Shown piece after piece: positions 9,809 through 20,364 of a stretch of 64,000 bases of DNA; the first letter of the stretch is position 1, and every line of letters starts with the position of its first letter. A program made the position numbers and the translations under genes. Below the pieces are notes generated by a model. The model worked only from the letters and a program-made list of their open reading frames with translations. It ran no database searches and was not told the DNA's origin. Source of the DNA: Candidatus Latescibacterota bacterium (lineage in GTDB: Bacteria > Latescibacterota > UBA2968 > UBA8231); NCBI GenBank assembly GCA_965248265.1, contig CBDFJF010000002.1, positions 800,001-864,000 on the forward strand, written 5' to 3'.

Positions 9809-10546
9809 CTAGTGAGGGGCGGTCGCCGCAACACGGGCGTGATCGCACATGCGCCGCAGGCAACAACTGGAGCACAACGGTGCGGGACGGCAGTGTTCAC
9901 CCGCATGTCGGACGATGAGCGCGTGGAACTCGTTGAAGAGGTCAGCATCACGGGGCAAGCCAGATACGAACAACGATTGCAGCGCCGGGTAGCTGACGCC
10001 CTCCTTAACCCATCCAAGACGGGCGCAGATCCGGCGCGCGAAGGCATCGATGACGAATGCGGGATAGCCTGCAGCATAGAGCAGGATGGAGTCGGCCGTT
10101 TCCGGTCCGATGCCGCGTTGGGCGAGTAATTCCGGGCGCAGTTCGTCATGCGGGCGGCAGAGCATGGCCGCAAGATCGCCGCGGTCGCGTTCGTCGACAT
10201 ACGTGGCCAACTCCTGCAGATGCCTGGCTTTCTGGTTGTAATAGCGTGCCGGACGGATCAGCTCTGCAAGCTCAGCGTGTGGCAGCCCGCGAATACCCTC
10301 CAGTGTCAGGCAGCCATGGCGGGAGAGATTCTCCAGAGCCAACGTCGCATTCGTCCAGTTCGTGTTCTGGGTAAGAATTGCTCCGACGACGATTTCCCAT
10401 TGTTGTATGGCGGTCAGTCGGCGCCCCGGCCTGTCCGGGAAGTATCGCGGGGTTGTGGCCCCGGGTGACGTGGTAGGCCACCAACCTTGAGGTCCGTAGC
10501 GTTCGAGCAGGCGGTCGTACACCCGGCGGATTCTTCTGCTATTCAC
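9809..10546 (-). CDS. HhH-GPD / endonuclease III-like DNA glycosylase with 4Fe-4S cluster
   Basis: GPQGWWP, GAILTQNTNW, GIGPETADSILLYA, FVIDA, C-x6-C-x2-C-x5-C. Start could be 10582. Confidence 0.88.
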   Translation of the reverse strand: MNSRRIRRVYDRLLERYGPQGWWPTTSPGATTPRYFPDRPGRRLTAIQQWEIVVGAILTQNTNWTNATLALENLSRHGCLTLEGIRGLPHAELAELIRPARYYNQKARHLQELATYVDERDRGDLAAMLCRPHDELRPELLAQRGIGPETADSILLYAAGYPAFVIDAFARRICARLGWVKEGVSYPALQSLFVSGLPRDADLFNEFHALIVRHAGEHCRPAPLCSSCCLRRMCDHARVAATAPH

Positions 10547-10620
10547 GAAGGGAAAATGTGGACTCAGACTCAGGGTGGTCAAGCTTTCTCAAACAGGGCG
10601 CCAGACTTAGATTGACCGTC

Positions 10621-11724
10621 ATGAATGCCATACCGAAAACTTATAGAGCTGTCGCCATCGGACACACGGACCACGGCGGGTACGGACACGGTATCCACCT
10701 GCCCTACGGGGGCCTCGACAACGTCGAGTTCACGGCCGTCGCCGATCCCGATGAGGCCGGGCGGGCTAAAGCTCAGGAGGAAACGGGAGCCCCACGTGCC
10801 TACGCCGACTTCGCTGACATGCTCCGATCCGAAGAACCGGATATCGTCAGCGTCTGTCCGCGTTGGACGGAGAAACGATCAGACATGCTGCTGGCGGCTC
10901 TCGACGTTGGCGCGCACGTATACTGTGAAAAGCCCCTGGTGTCGAACCTGCAGGAGGGGGACAGGATCGTTGCTCGTGCTCAAGAGCTCGGCCGCAAGAT
11001 AGCTGTCGCCCACCAGGCGGTGTACCTGCCCCGGGTGCAGTATGTGAAGGAGATTCTGCAACAGGGGGGAATCGGTGAGGTCCAGGCCATCCATGCTCAT
11101 GGAAAGCAAGACAGTAGGGGTGGTGGGGAGGACATGCTGGTGCTGGGAACTCACCTGTTCAACATGATGCGGTTTTTCGCCGGCGATGTCAGCTGGATCA
11201 GTGCCCATGTCGCGATGGATGGTCACGAGCTCGAGCAGTCTGATGTGCACGAGGCCACGGAACCAGTGGGTCTGGTGGCCGGAGACTGCGTCGATTCCTA
11301 TTACGCCTTCGAGTCCGGGATTGCCGGCTTCTTCGATTCCCGCAAGGACCAAGCCGGTGCGGGCGGCACGCCGTATGGCATGGACATCATCGGCTCGGAG
11401 GGCAGGATCTCGATGCGCGGCGGGGCGGGAGAGGCTCTGATGATCTATCCGCATTCGCTCTACGCGCCGGCCGAGTCGACACAACGCTGGGAGCCATTGG
11501 TTGAGGCACCCAAGAGCCGAATGAAAGATGGCAACCAGCTCGCAATCATCGACCTGATCGAGGCGGCTGAAGAGGATCGCAAGCCGCTGTCCGCCGATAC
11601 CGACGCGCTGGCTGCACTGGAGATGATTCTGGGTACCTATGCATCCCAGATAAGCGGTACCCGGGTGGAAGTACCGATCGCGGATCGCGTCCATCCACTC
11701 ACGCGTTGGACGAGTGAGACGTAG
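10621..11724 (+). CDS. Gfo/Idh/MocA family oxidoreductase
   Basis: AVADPD, HVYCEKP, GGEDMLVLGTH motifs. Confidence 0.88.
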   Translation: MNAIPKTYRAVAIGHTDHGGYGHGIHLPYGGLDNVEFTAVADPDEAGRAKAQEETGAPRAYADFADMLRSEEPDIVSVCPRWTEKRSDMLLAALDVGAHVYCEKPLVSNLQEGDRIVARAQELGRKIAVAHQAVYLPRVQYVKEILQQGGIGEVQAIHAHGKQDSRGGGEDMLVLGTHLFNMMRFFAGDVSWISAHVAMDGHELEQSDVHEATEPVGLVAGDCVDSYYAFESGIAGFFDSRKDQAGAGGTPYGMDIIGSEGRISMRGGAGEALMIYPHSLYAPAESTQRWEPLVEAPKSRMKDGNQLAIIDLIEAAEEDRKPLSADTDALAALEMILGTYASQISGTRVEVPIADRVHPLTRWTSET

Positions 11725-11730
11725 TCGCTG

Positions 11731-13182
11731 ATGCCGGAGCGCGACGTTCCACACGAGGTCATTCCGAGCCGTATTCTGCCGGCGCCCAAGTACCGCGATC
11801 TGCCGGAGGCGCCAAGCTGGCGCCGGCTTCTGGGACCCAGCATCCTGCTGTTGGGGCTCTCCATCGGCAGCGGTGAGTTCGTCCTGTGGCCCTTCATCAC
11901 CTACTAGTTCGGTTTCGTCGTGTTCTGGGCTTGCATGGTCGGGGTGACGACGCAGTACTTCCTGAACATGGAGATCGAGCGCTGGACCCTGGCCACAGGG
12001 GAGACTGCGGTGACCGGTTTCTGTCGCTTGTGGAAGCACTGGGCGTGGATCTTCCTGGCCTGCAACATCGTTCCCTGGATGTGGCCCGGGTGGGCATCTG
12101 GCGCTGCCACCATCATCACCTGGGAGTTAGGCGGCGGCGAGGGAGCGCGCGTCTTGTACTCCATCATCAGCCTCGTTCTCGTGGGGTTGGCGCTCACGCT
12201 GGGACCCGTCGTCTATAACACGGTCGAGCGCATACAGGTCGTCCTGATCGGTCTCGTCTTCATCGCCATGCTGACGATATTCGCTCTCGTCGTCGAATTC
12301 GGACACGTCGTCGACATGTTCAGCGGCATCGCCAACATCGGCCACATACCAGAGGGGATGGAGTTGCCCCTGTTGCTTGGAGCGCTCGCCTTTGCGGGCG
12401 CCGGCGGCACCATGAACCTGGTACAGAGTGACTTCGTGCGCGATAAAGGCTACGCCATGGGTCGCTACATCGGTCGCTTGACGAGTCCGCTCACGGGGAA
12501 GGAAGAGGTGGTGTCCGACATTGGCTACCATTTCGAGCACACCCCCGAGAATGAACGGCGCTGGCGCGCCTGGTGGAAGGCGGCCAATCGCGAACACGCG
12601 CTGAGTTTTTACCTGCTCTCGGTCGTCTCGCTGATGCTCCTGTCGCTGATCGCCTACGCGACCACCCGACACGCCCCCGGGCTCGAGAAGGGGATCGGAT
12701 TCATCCGACTGCAGGGTGAGTTTATCGGTCAGCAGTACGGCGGAATCTTTCAGCACTTCTTCTTGTGGATGGGTGTGGCCATCCTGTTGACGACGGAACT
12801 CGGTCTCCTGGACGCCTGTGCCCGCATCTCAACCGACATCATCAAGGTCAACTGGTTGCGGGACAACGCGCGTTGGACCGACAGCCGCCTGTACTTTCTG
12901 CTGCTGTGGATCCAGATCGGCCTCGGTTGCGTGATCATGCTGGTGGGTCTGGTGGTTCCCGGATTTACCCAACCACTGGTTCTGCTGGTGTTCAGTGCGT
13001 GCTTGAATGGCGGAGTGATGCTGATCTATTCAGTGCTGTTGTTGTGGCTGAACGTGCGGGTTCTGGGCGGTGGTTTGCGGATGCCGTTTGTCCGGCGCCT
13101 GGCGATCCTCTGGTCATGTGCCTTTTTCGGATATTTCACCGTGGTGACATTGATCGATCGCGTTCCCAAGCTGTTCGAATGA
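11731..13182 (+). pseudogene. Nramp-like (APC superfamily) transporter interrupted by in-frame TAG at 11905-11907
   Basis: ATG 11731 frame gives LGPSILLLGLSIGSGEFVLWPFITY*FGF and continues in frame into QYFLNMEIERWTLATGET; many TM helices. Confidence 0.75.
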
Positions 13183-13222
13183 ACATGACGGGTAAGCGCT
13201 CGAGCCGCGAGGAGGTTCAGTT

Positions 13223-13984
13223 TTGAGTGGTGCAATGAGAAAAGTCGCCATCGTAACGGGCGGGGGCTCCGGTGTGGGTAAGCGAACGGCCCTGGCGTTA
13301 AATGGCGATGGGTATGCGGTTGTCGTCGCCGGTCGCCGACCAGACGCTCTGGAATCGACGGTGGCAGATTCGGGGGTCGACGACGGTTCCGTCGTCGGCG
13401 TACCCACCGATGTCACCGACGCCGAATCGGTTCAAAGCCTTTTCGCCGTGACGAGGGAGGCCTTCGGGAGGCTGGATGTCCTGTTCAACAATGCCGGCAC
13501 CGGCGCACCCGGGGTGTTGCTGGAAGAAGTGACCCACGAACAATGGATGACGGTCGTCAATGTCAATCTCACCGGGTCGTTCCTGTGCACGCAGGAGGCA
13601 TTCAGGATGATGAAGAGTCAACTGCCGATGGGAGGGCGCATCATCAACAATGGCTCGATTTCAGCCCACATGCCGCGCCCGAACTCAGCCCCCTACACGG
13701 CGACCAAGCACGCAATAACCGGTCTCACCCGATCGACGTCTCTCGACGGGCGCAAGTACGATATCGCCTGCGGACAGATCGACATCGGCAACGCGGCGAC
13801 GGAGATGACACAGCGCATGAACGATGGAGTGCCTCAGGCCAACGGCACCTCCATGGTCGAGCCGCGGATGGATGCCGACAACGTGGCCAGGGCGGTCGTC
13901 TACATGGCGAGTCTGCCTCTGGACACCAACGTCCAGTTCATGACGGTCATGTCAACGAAGATGCCTTACATAGGCCGGGGGTAA
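13223..13984 (+). CDS. Short-chain dehydrogenase/reductase
   Basis: [23 protein letters not shown]. Confidence 0.92.
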   Translation: MSGAMRKVAIVTGGGSGVGKRTALALNGDGYAVVVAGRRPDALESTVADSGVDDGSVVGVPTDVTDAESVQSLFAVTREAFGRLDVLFNNAGTGAPGVLLEEVTHEQWMTVVNVNLTGSFLCTQEAFRMMKSQLPMGGRIINNGSISAHMPRPNSAPYTATKHAITGLTRSTSLDGRKYDIACGQIDIGNAATEMTQRMNDGVPQANGTSMVEPRMDADNVARAVVYMASLPLDTNVQFMTVMSTKMPYIGRG

Positions 13985-14010
13985 AGGATGGGCAATCACC
14001 GGAGACTCCA

Positions 14011-15066
14011 ATGCTGATCGTAGATTCGCACCTGGACATCGCCTACAACGCCCTGGACTGGGATAGAGACCTGCTGCAGCCGATCAGGACGATTCGCGAG
14101 TCGGAGGCCGGCATGGGGCAGAAGGGCCGTGGGGCAGGGGTCGTCTGCTTCGACGAACTGCGTCGGGGCAACTTCGGACTCATCATCGTCACCGTCCACA
14201 GCCGTCTGGCCTCGTTGGGCAAGCGCTTCGCGGGAGTCCGGACGCAGGATATCGCCTACGCCAAGTGCAAGGGTGATTTGGCCTACTATCGCCTGATGGA
14301 GCGCAAGGGCGTACTGCGTCAGATCCGTGACGTCGCGCAACTCAATGCCCATCTGTCGGCATGGGAGGCGGACAGCGAATCCACGCCGATCGGGTACGTC
14401 CTCAGCATGGAAGGGGCAGACGGCATCGTCTCCGAGGACTTCGTCGAGGACTGGTGGGAGGAGGGGTTGCGGGTTGCGAGTCTATGTCACTACGGCGTCA
14501 GCTCCTACTCGCACGGCACCCAGGCTCCGGGCGGACTGACGCCGCGCGGGGCTCCACTGCTGAAGGCGTTGGATGCGGCCGGGATCATTCTCGATGTCAG
14601 TCACCTTGCCGAGCGTGCTTTCTGGGAAGCACTCGACCACTTCGGGGGTCGCGTGCTCGCCACCCACAACTGCTGCCGCGCACTGTGCGATGATGACCGT
14701 CAACTCGACGACGCCCAGGTGCAGGCGCTGATAAGCCGGCAGGGTGTCATCGGTACAGCGTTCGATGATTGGATGCTGTCCCCTGCCTGGGACCACGGCG
14801 CCATGGACAACACCGGAATCACCCTGGAAACGGTGGTCGATCACATCGACCACGTGTGTCAGATAGCCGGCAACAGCAACCACGCGGCCATCGGTACGGA
14901 CCTCGACGGCGGTTACGGGCGGGAGCAGGCGCCAGCCGACATCGATACCATCGCCGATCTCCAGAACATTCCCGCCATTCTCGATCAGCGTGGCTATTCC
15001 CAGGAGGATATTGCCAGTATCATGCACGGCAACTGGATCCGCACGCTGCGCGAAGCCTGGGCATAG
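14011..15066 (+). CDS. Membrane dipeptidase (peptidase M19) family
   Basis: DSHLD, SMEGAD, DVSHL, ATHN, IGTDLDG. Start at ATG 14011 after GGAG. Confidence 0.88.
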   Translation: MLIVDSHLDIAYNALDWDRDLLQPIRTIRESEAGMGQKGRGAGVVCFDELRRGNFGLIIVTVHSRLASLGKRFAGVRTQDIAYAKCKGDLAYYRLMERKGVLRQIRDVAQLNAHLSAWEADSESTPIGYVLSMEGADGIVSEDFVEDWWEEGLRVASLCHYGVSSYSHGTQAPGGLTPRGAPLLKALDAAGIILDVSHLAERAFWEALDHFGGRVLATHNCCRALCDDDRQLDDAQVQALISRQGVIGTAFDDWMLSPAWDHGAMDNTGITLETVVDHIDHVCQIAGNSNHAAIGTDLDGGYGREQAPADIDTIADLQNIPAILDQRGYSQEDIASIMHGNWIRTLREAWA

Positions 15067-15092
15067 CCCACGGCCGCGGATCTGAGATAGCT

Positions 15093-16862
15093 ATGTTTTC
15101 AAACGACGCGCTGTTTACGATCATCGTCGTCCTGGTGACCATGGCGGCGCTGGTTCCGCAGCGGTTTGCGCCAGATCTTGTTTTGATGGGTGCACTCACG
15201 CTGCTGCTCATGTCGGGGGTGTTGTCTCCAGCCCAGATGCTGGAGGGCCTGTCGAATCCTGGCCTGGCTACGGTAGGCATTCTGTTCGTGGTTACGGCGG
15301 GTCTAGTCGGAACCGGTGTAACCCGGCAGATCGGCGAGTGGTTCATGGGCAGGTCGCAATCTGTAGCGACCTCCCTGCTGCGGTTGATGGCTCCCGTGGC
15401 GGCGCTGAGCGCTTTTCTCAACAACACTCCCGTCGTGGCCATGATGGTACCGGCCGTCGAGGACTGGGCGCGCCGCCAGAATGTCGCGGTTTCCAAGCTG
15501 ATGATTCCCCTCAGCTACGCCGCGATTCTGGGGGGCACATGCACCATCATCGGCACCAGTACAAACCTCATCATCAACAGCCTGGCCATAGAATCCGGCA
15601 TCGAGTCCTTGAGTTTCTTCGAGATTGCTCAGGTCGGCTTGCCGTGCGCGCTGCTGGGAATCGCCTTCACGATCGTGTTCAGCAGGTGGCTGTTGCCGGC
15701 GCGGCATACGCTGGTATCTGCGCATCTCGATCCTCGCGAATACGCCGTGGAAGTGCTGGTGGATCCCACCAGTCCGATCATCGGACGCACGATCGAGGAA
15801 GCGGGTCTGCGCCAACTTCCTGGAGCCTATCTGGCAGAAATCGAGCGCGATGGAGAGGTGATGCCGGCGGTGGCACCGAGTGTTCGGCTGCGTGAAAATG
15901 ACCGTCTCGTCTTCGTCGGAATCGTCGAGTCCGTCGTCGACTTGATGAAGACGAAGGGACTGATTCCCGCTGCGGAACAGCTGTTCAAACTGGATGCTCC
16001 ACGCCAGAAACGCTGCCTGATCGAGGCCGTGGTCTCCGATCGATGTCCGATCGTCGGCCGCACGATTCGTGAGGGCCGGTTTCGCTCGAACTATGAGGCG
16101 GTCGTGCTGGCGGTAGCGCGCCACGGTGAGCGTGTGGCGGGCAAAATCGGAGACATCTCTCTGCGTTCTGGAGACACCCTGCTGCTGGAGGCGCGCCCTT
16201 CCTTCGTGAGGCAACACTACGACTCGCGGGATTTTCTGCTGGTGAGTGAAGTGGCGAGGTCGGCTCCGCCACGCCACGAACGTGCCTGGATCTCCCTCGG
16301 CATCCTTGCTGCCATGGTCGCCGGCGTCACCTTGGCGGGCATCTCGATGCTCAAGGCCGCTATGTTGGCCGCCGGGCTGATGGTGTTGACCCGCTGCACG
16401 ACTTCGGAGCGGGCAAGGCGAAGCATCGATTGGTCCCTGCTGACCGTCATCGCCGCTGCCGTCGGGATCGGCAAGGCCATGCAGGTCAGTGGCGCCGCGG
16501 AGGCTGTCGCACAGACATGGTTGAACCTGGCCGGAGAAGATCCATGGGCGACCCTGATGGTCGTTTACATCACAACCGCCTTGTTCACCGCCTTTCTGAC
16601 GAATATCGCCGCCGCCGTTGTCATGTTTCCGATCGCGTTGTCGGCGGCTGTGGGCATTCAGGTCAGTCCGTATCCTTTCATGATCGCCATCATGATGGCG
16701 GCGTCGACGAGCTTCGCCACACCGATCGGGTACCAGACCAATCTGATGGTTTACGGGCCTGGAGGATACCGCTTTGTCGATTACCTGCGCATCGGGTTGC
16801 CGCTCAATGTCGTAGTCGGAATCACTGCCATCCTCCTCATTCCTCGGGTATGGCCGTTTTGA
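15093..16862 (+). CDS. SLC13 / CitMHS family permease with two TrkA-C (RCK-C) domains
   Basis: SAFLNNTPVV, GGTCTIIGTSTNL, SFATPIGYQTNLMVYGPGGYRF; central RCK-C repeats. Confidence 0.88.
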   Translation: MFSNDALFTIIVVLVTMAALVPQRFAPDLVLMGALTLLLMSGVLSPAQMLEGLSNPGLATVGILFVVTAGLVGTGVTRQIGEWFMGRSQSVATSLLRLMAPVAALSAFLNNTPVVAMMVPAVEDWARRQNVAVSKLMIPLSYAAILGGTCTIIGTSTNLIINSLAIESGIESLSFFEIAQVGLPCALLGIAFTIVFSRWLLPARHTLVSAHLDPREYAVEVLVDPTSPIIGRTIEEAGLRQLPGAYLAEIERDGEVMPAVAPSVRLRENDRLVFVGIVESVVDLMKTKGLIPAAEQLFKLDAPRQKRCLIEAVVSDRCPIVGRTIREGRFRSNYEAVVLAVARHGERVAGKIGDISLRSGDTLLLEARPSFVRQHYDSRDFLLVSEVARSAPPRHERAWISLGILAAMVAGVTLAGISMLKAAMLAAGLMVLTRCTTSERARRSIDWSLLTVIAAAVGIGKAMQVSGAAEAVAQTWLNLAGEDPWATLMVVYITTALFTAFLTNIAAAVVMFPIALSAAVGIQVSPYPFMIAIMMAASTSFATPIGYQTNLMVYGPGGYRFVDYLRIGLPLNVVVGITAILLIPRVWPF

Positions 16863-16947
16863 ACGAGAATCCGCGTCGGTTCGGATGCGCAGGCGACCGA
16901 GGACAAGACTACGTTGACCTTTCAGGCGACGCTGGACCAGCCCAATC

Positions 16948-18360
16948 GTGATCTCGTCCTGCGGCGATTCCCGGATCTATTCTAGGCGTTCCTTTCTCAG
17001 GCACTCAGCAGCCGTTGCCGTCGGGTTCGCCGGCATGCGCTATGTCATTGCTTGCACCGATGGTTCAATGGAACCGGGCCCGAATAGCAATCCGTATGGG
17101 CCTCTCACGCTGATGCAGAGGGTATACTCGATCTACCCGAGGGATTTACCTACCGCATCATCTCGCGCGCAGGCGATCTCATGCAGGACGGCTTGCTGTT
17201 TCCCGGAAAACAGGACGGCATGGCGGCCTTTCCGGGACCAGGAGGCAAAACGATTCTGGTGTGCAACCATGAGGTGGATGTGGGGGGCTTCGACTTGGGT
17301 CCTTTCGGAACACAAAACGAGCATTTTGGCCTTGTCGATGCCGAGTTGTTGTACGACGCCGGTGGGGACAGCCCATGCTTGGGCGGTACTACAACCACCC
17401 TGTTCGATACCCGCTCAGGCCACGTCGAAGCGACGCTTCTGAGTCTAGCCGGTACCATCCGCAACTGCGCCGGTGGACGGACTCCATGGGGCAGCTGGAT
17501 CACGTGCGAAGAGACCGTGCGCAAGGTTGGTGACTACTGTGCCGTCGACCACGGTTACAACTTTGAAGTACCCGCGACCGAGCTTGCCGAGCTGACCCCG
17601 GCCGTGCCACTGACCGGGATGGGGCGATTCAACCACGAAGCGGTTTGTGTGGATCCGCGGACCGGAATTGTCTACCAAACAGAGGACCGCGGCGACGGAT
17701 TGATTTACCGGTATGTCCCTGACCGTCGAGCCCGCGCATATCTTGCAGAAGGGGGTCGGCTCCAAGCGTTGGCCGTGATCGACAGCCCGTCCCTGGATAC
17801 GAGAAATTGGGCATTCCCTCTGGTCACGGCTGACCAGCAACACGCCATCCAGTGGGTGGATATCGAAACAGTCCCCGGAGGATGATCTGCGCCACCAGGG
17901 TTTTGCTCGCGGGGCGGCGCGGTTCGCGCGGGGCGAGGGGATGTGGTTCGGCGACGGTGAGCTGTATTTCGCGTGCACCAATGGAGGTTTGAAGCAGAAG
18001 GGACAGATATGGAGGTACACACCAGGACCTCAAGAAGGGACGGCTGATGAGGGTAGGCAGCCGGGTATGCTCGAACTCTTCATAGAGCCGGATGATGCCG
18101 ATCTGGTGGAGAACGCGGACAATCTCGTTGTTTCTCCATGGGGTGACCTGATTCTGTGTGAGGATGGCCCGTTTGATCAGTATCTGGTCGGGGTCACGCC
18201 CCAAGGGTCTACTTACAAACTGGGACGCAACGCGCTTACCGGCTCGGAGTTTGCAGGGGCGACATTTTCCCCCGATGGCAGTACCCTTTTCGTCAACATT
18301 CAACATGCCGGGCTGACATTTGCCATCGTCGGGCCCTGGCTGCAGAGCAGAAAAATCTGA
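16948..18360 (+). pseudogene. phoX: PhoX (DUF839) alkaline phosphatase with Tat signal, split by two frameshifts (~17110 and ~17871)
   Basis: SRRSFL Tat motif; YGPL../DAEGILDLPEGF; NCAGGRTPWGSWITCEE; MGRFNHEA; /SPEDDLR..FARGEG; DNL..CED; SEFAGATFSPDG..LFVNIQ, spread over three frames. Confidence 0.8.
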
Positions 18361-18380
18361 GTAATTCCAGGAGGATGTAG

Positions 18381-19604
18381 ATGAGGTTTTTCATGGGTAT
18401 GCTGGCGGCGCTGTCGTTGGCGACGTGTGGAGTCAACGAAGTGACCATCCAGCTTGAGGGTGGGGACGGCAACAAGGTCAGACTGGATCTGGACACGCTC
18501 CAGTTGAAGAGCAACCGGCTGGTGGATGCCGGCTCCTTCAACTTCAAGGAAGTCAAGCAGGGATCCTACACCATCCGCGTGGTCGCCAACGAGTACGTGG
18601 GCAGCAGCACCCTGGAAGTTGACTCACCGCCGATCTCCGGCGTCCACACCTACGGCCTTGCCCTGAAAGTTCCCAGTGGCAGTAATCCCTCCTATCGGCC
18701 TCAGGGCACCATTCTCTACGCGGCTACCCCCACGAAGATCCGGGACTGGGAGCTGTACACGGTGGAGGCTACCGGTGGGAAGCCCGTTCAGCTCACCGAT
18801 ACCCGTGAGTTTGAGCAGCATCCGGCCTGGTCTCCGGACGGCAGCGATATCGTCTTCACCCGGGGAGAGGTCATGACGAACATCGACATCTATGTCATGG
18901 CCGCTGACGGCAGCGGCGAGAGACGACTGACCGAGCATGCCGAGCGCGACGAGCACGCAGCCTGGTCACCGGACGGCGCCAAGATCGCTTTTGACAGCCA
19001 GCGCGACGGCGACATATCCATCTGGCTCATGGATGCGGATGGCGGCAACAAGCGCAAGCTGGCGAACGGACGATATCCTGAATGGTCGCCCGATGGCAAG
19101 ACCATCGCCTTCACAAACTTCGTCGATGCCAGCGACGAGATCTTCACCATCGGCATCGATGGCTCCAACCTCCGTCGCCTGACGCAAAACAAGTACATCG
19201 ACTGGTTCCCATCGTATTCACCTGATGGCCGCCGCCTCGCCTTCAATTCCGAACGCTTTGGCGGTGAGGAACTCATTGTGGCAGACGTTGGAGGCGGCAC
19301 CCAGGTTCGGGTCACTGTGGCCAAACACACGTTCGAGCAGGATCCGGACTGGTCCCCTGACGGCCGGGGCATGGTCTATCAGGGGAAAATGAACTTCCGT
19401 GAGGATGGCGAACTGGACGTACACTTCAGCAACAAGACCGGCAAACATCGTCCGCAGGGCACCTTCGACATCTTTGTGATACCAGCCGTCGGTTTCGACT
19501 GGGATGACACGGATGAGCATCCTATCATGCCCATCAACCTCACCAACACCCCTGATCACGATGAGTGGTCGCCCAGCTGGAAGCCTAACCCGCCGCAGAC
19601 GTGA
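18381..19604 (+). CDS. Putative lipoprotein with TolB-like PD40 beta-propeller
   Basis: Lipobox-like LATC; repeated P.WSPDG..I.F units. Confidence 0.82.
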   Translation: MRFFMGMLAALSLATCGVNEVTIQLEGGDGNKVRLDLDTLQLKSNRLVDAGSFNFKEVKQGSYTIRVVANEYVGSSTLEVDSPPISGVHTYGLALKVPSGSNPSYRPQGTILYAATPTKIRDWELYTVEATGGKPVQLTDTREFEQHPAWSPDGSDIVFTRGEVMTNIDIYVMAADGSGERRLTEHAERDEHAAWSPDGAKIAFDSQRDGDISIWLMDADGGNKRKLANGRYPEWSPDGKTIAFTNFVDASDEIFTIGIDGSNLRRLTQNKYIDWFPSYSPDGRRLAFNSERFGGEELIVADVGGGTQVRVTVAKHTFEQDPDWSPDGRGMVYQGKMNFREDGELDVHFSNKTGKHRPQGTFDIFVIPAVGFDWDDTDEHPIMPINLTNTPDHDEWSPSWKPNPPQT

Positions 19605-19784
19605 CGCGGTCAGGCCATGCCGGGCTCCGCTCTGTCCTGTGACCGGAGGCGAAATTCCCGTTTTCGCACCGGCGTACGTGCGCGCGCAGGGAGACAAAGC
19701 CGTCTGTCTTAATGGATATCCGTCGCCTAGAACAATGTCAACGACTGGCGTCAAGACTGGTGTCATCGCTGTCGAATCAAATGC

Positions 19785-19813
19785 TTGGATGTTGGACTGG
19801 GGCTGCATATATT
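19785..19813 (+). promoter_or_regulatory. Putative sigma70 promoter of csp1
   Basis: TTGGAT-17 nt-TATATT, about 150 nt upstream of the csp ATG. Confidence 0.45.
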
Positions 19814-19819
19814 ATCCGG

Positions 19820-19960
19820 CACATCGTCTCCGCCATCGGGCGGGGATCCACCACGCGTCAGCAGTCGTTCTTCGCTGTACTGAGTAGATCCTACCCATGT
19901 TCGGTTCGAACGTTCTGCTAGCACCACAGTTCAACAGATCGAAATGGGAGGGTTCGCATC
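19820..19960 (+). ncRNA. Structured 5' leader of csp1 (candidate cis-regulatory RNA)
   Basis: Shares GCAGTCGT.CTT..GCTGTACTGAGT...TCCTA.CCC and AGCACC....TTCAAC with the csp2 leader; 19881-19906 can pair with 19937-19961 over the SD. Confidence 0.6.
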
Positions 19961-20170
19961 ATGGCTGACCGCCAGTCAGGAACAGTGAAGTGGTTCAACG
20001 ACTTCAAGGGCTTCGGTTTCATCGAGGTCGAGGGGGGCGGTGACGTCTTCGTGCACCACAGCTCGATCCAGATGGAGGGCTTCAAGAGCCTCGCCGAGGG
20101 TCAGCGGGTGGAATTCGAGGTCGTCCAGGGCCAGAAGGGTCCCGCCGCGGAGGCTGTCGTAGTAGTCTAA
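19961..20170 (+). CDS. csp: Cold-shock protein (CSD)
   Basis: GTVKWFN..KGFGFI (RNP1), DVFVH (RNP2); 69 aa. Confidence 0.95.
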   Translation: MADRQSGTVKWFNDFKGFGFIEVEGGGDVFVHHSSIQMEGFKSLAEGQRVEFEVVQGQKGPAAEAVVVV

Positions 20171-20192
20171 GGCGGAATCAACTGATTTTGAC

Positions 20193-20230
20193 AAGAGGGC
20201 GGTGGCAGTTGCCATCGCCCTCTTTTTTTT
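20193..20230 (+). terminator. Rho-independent terminator
   Basis: AAGAGGGCGGTGGC...GCCATCGCCCTCTTTTTTTT. Confidence 0.88.
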
Positions 20231-20364
20231 CTGGACTGAGTGGGCTACCTTTCCGCTATTGGCGGCGACCTCTTCGCTGCTGGCTCTGGGCTGGATCCGG
20301 AGAAAATTGCGGTTCGCGGAGAGTGCAGAAGTCGCGGTGGCCGAAAGCGCTCAGTGACACGGCA

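Noticed and set aside
11905-11907. TAG recoding (pyrrolysine or an alternative genetic code), suggested by in-frame TAGs at 11905, 40362 and 56130
   Set aside because: Many intact genes here end in TAG at the expected C-terminus (e.g. 2667, 11724, 27542, 53140), and no pyl genes are visible.
13543-15092. Long N-terminal extensions in the ORF track (13543, 14769, 33729, 47259, 61228)
   Set aside because: They overlap neighbouring genes or intergenic DNA; family motifs and RBS position support the later starts.
17100-17890. Programmed ribosomal frameshifting in phoX
   Set aside because: There is no slippery heptamer, and two shifts would be needed; the second appears to lack residues.
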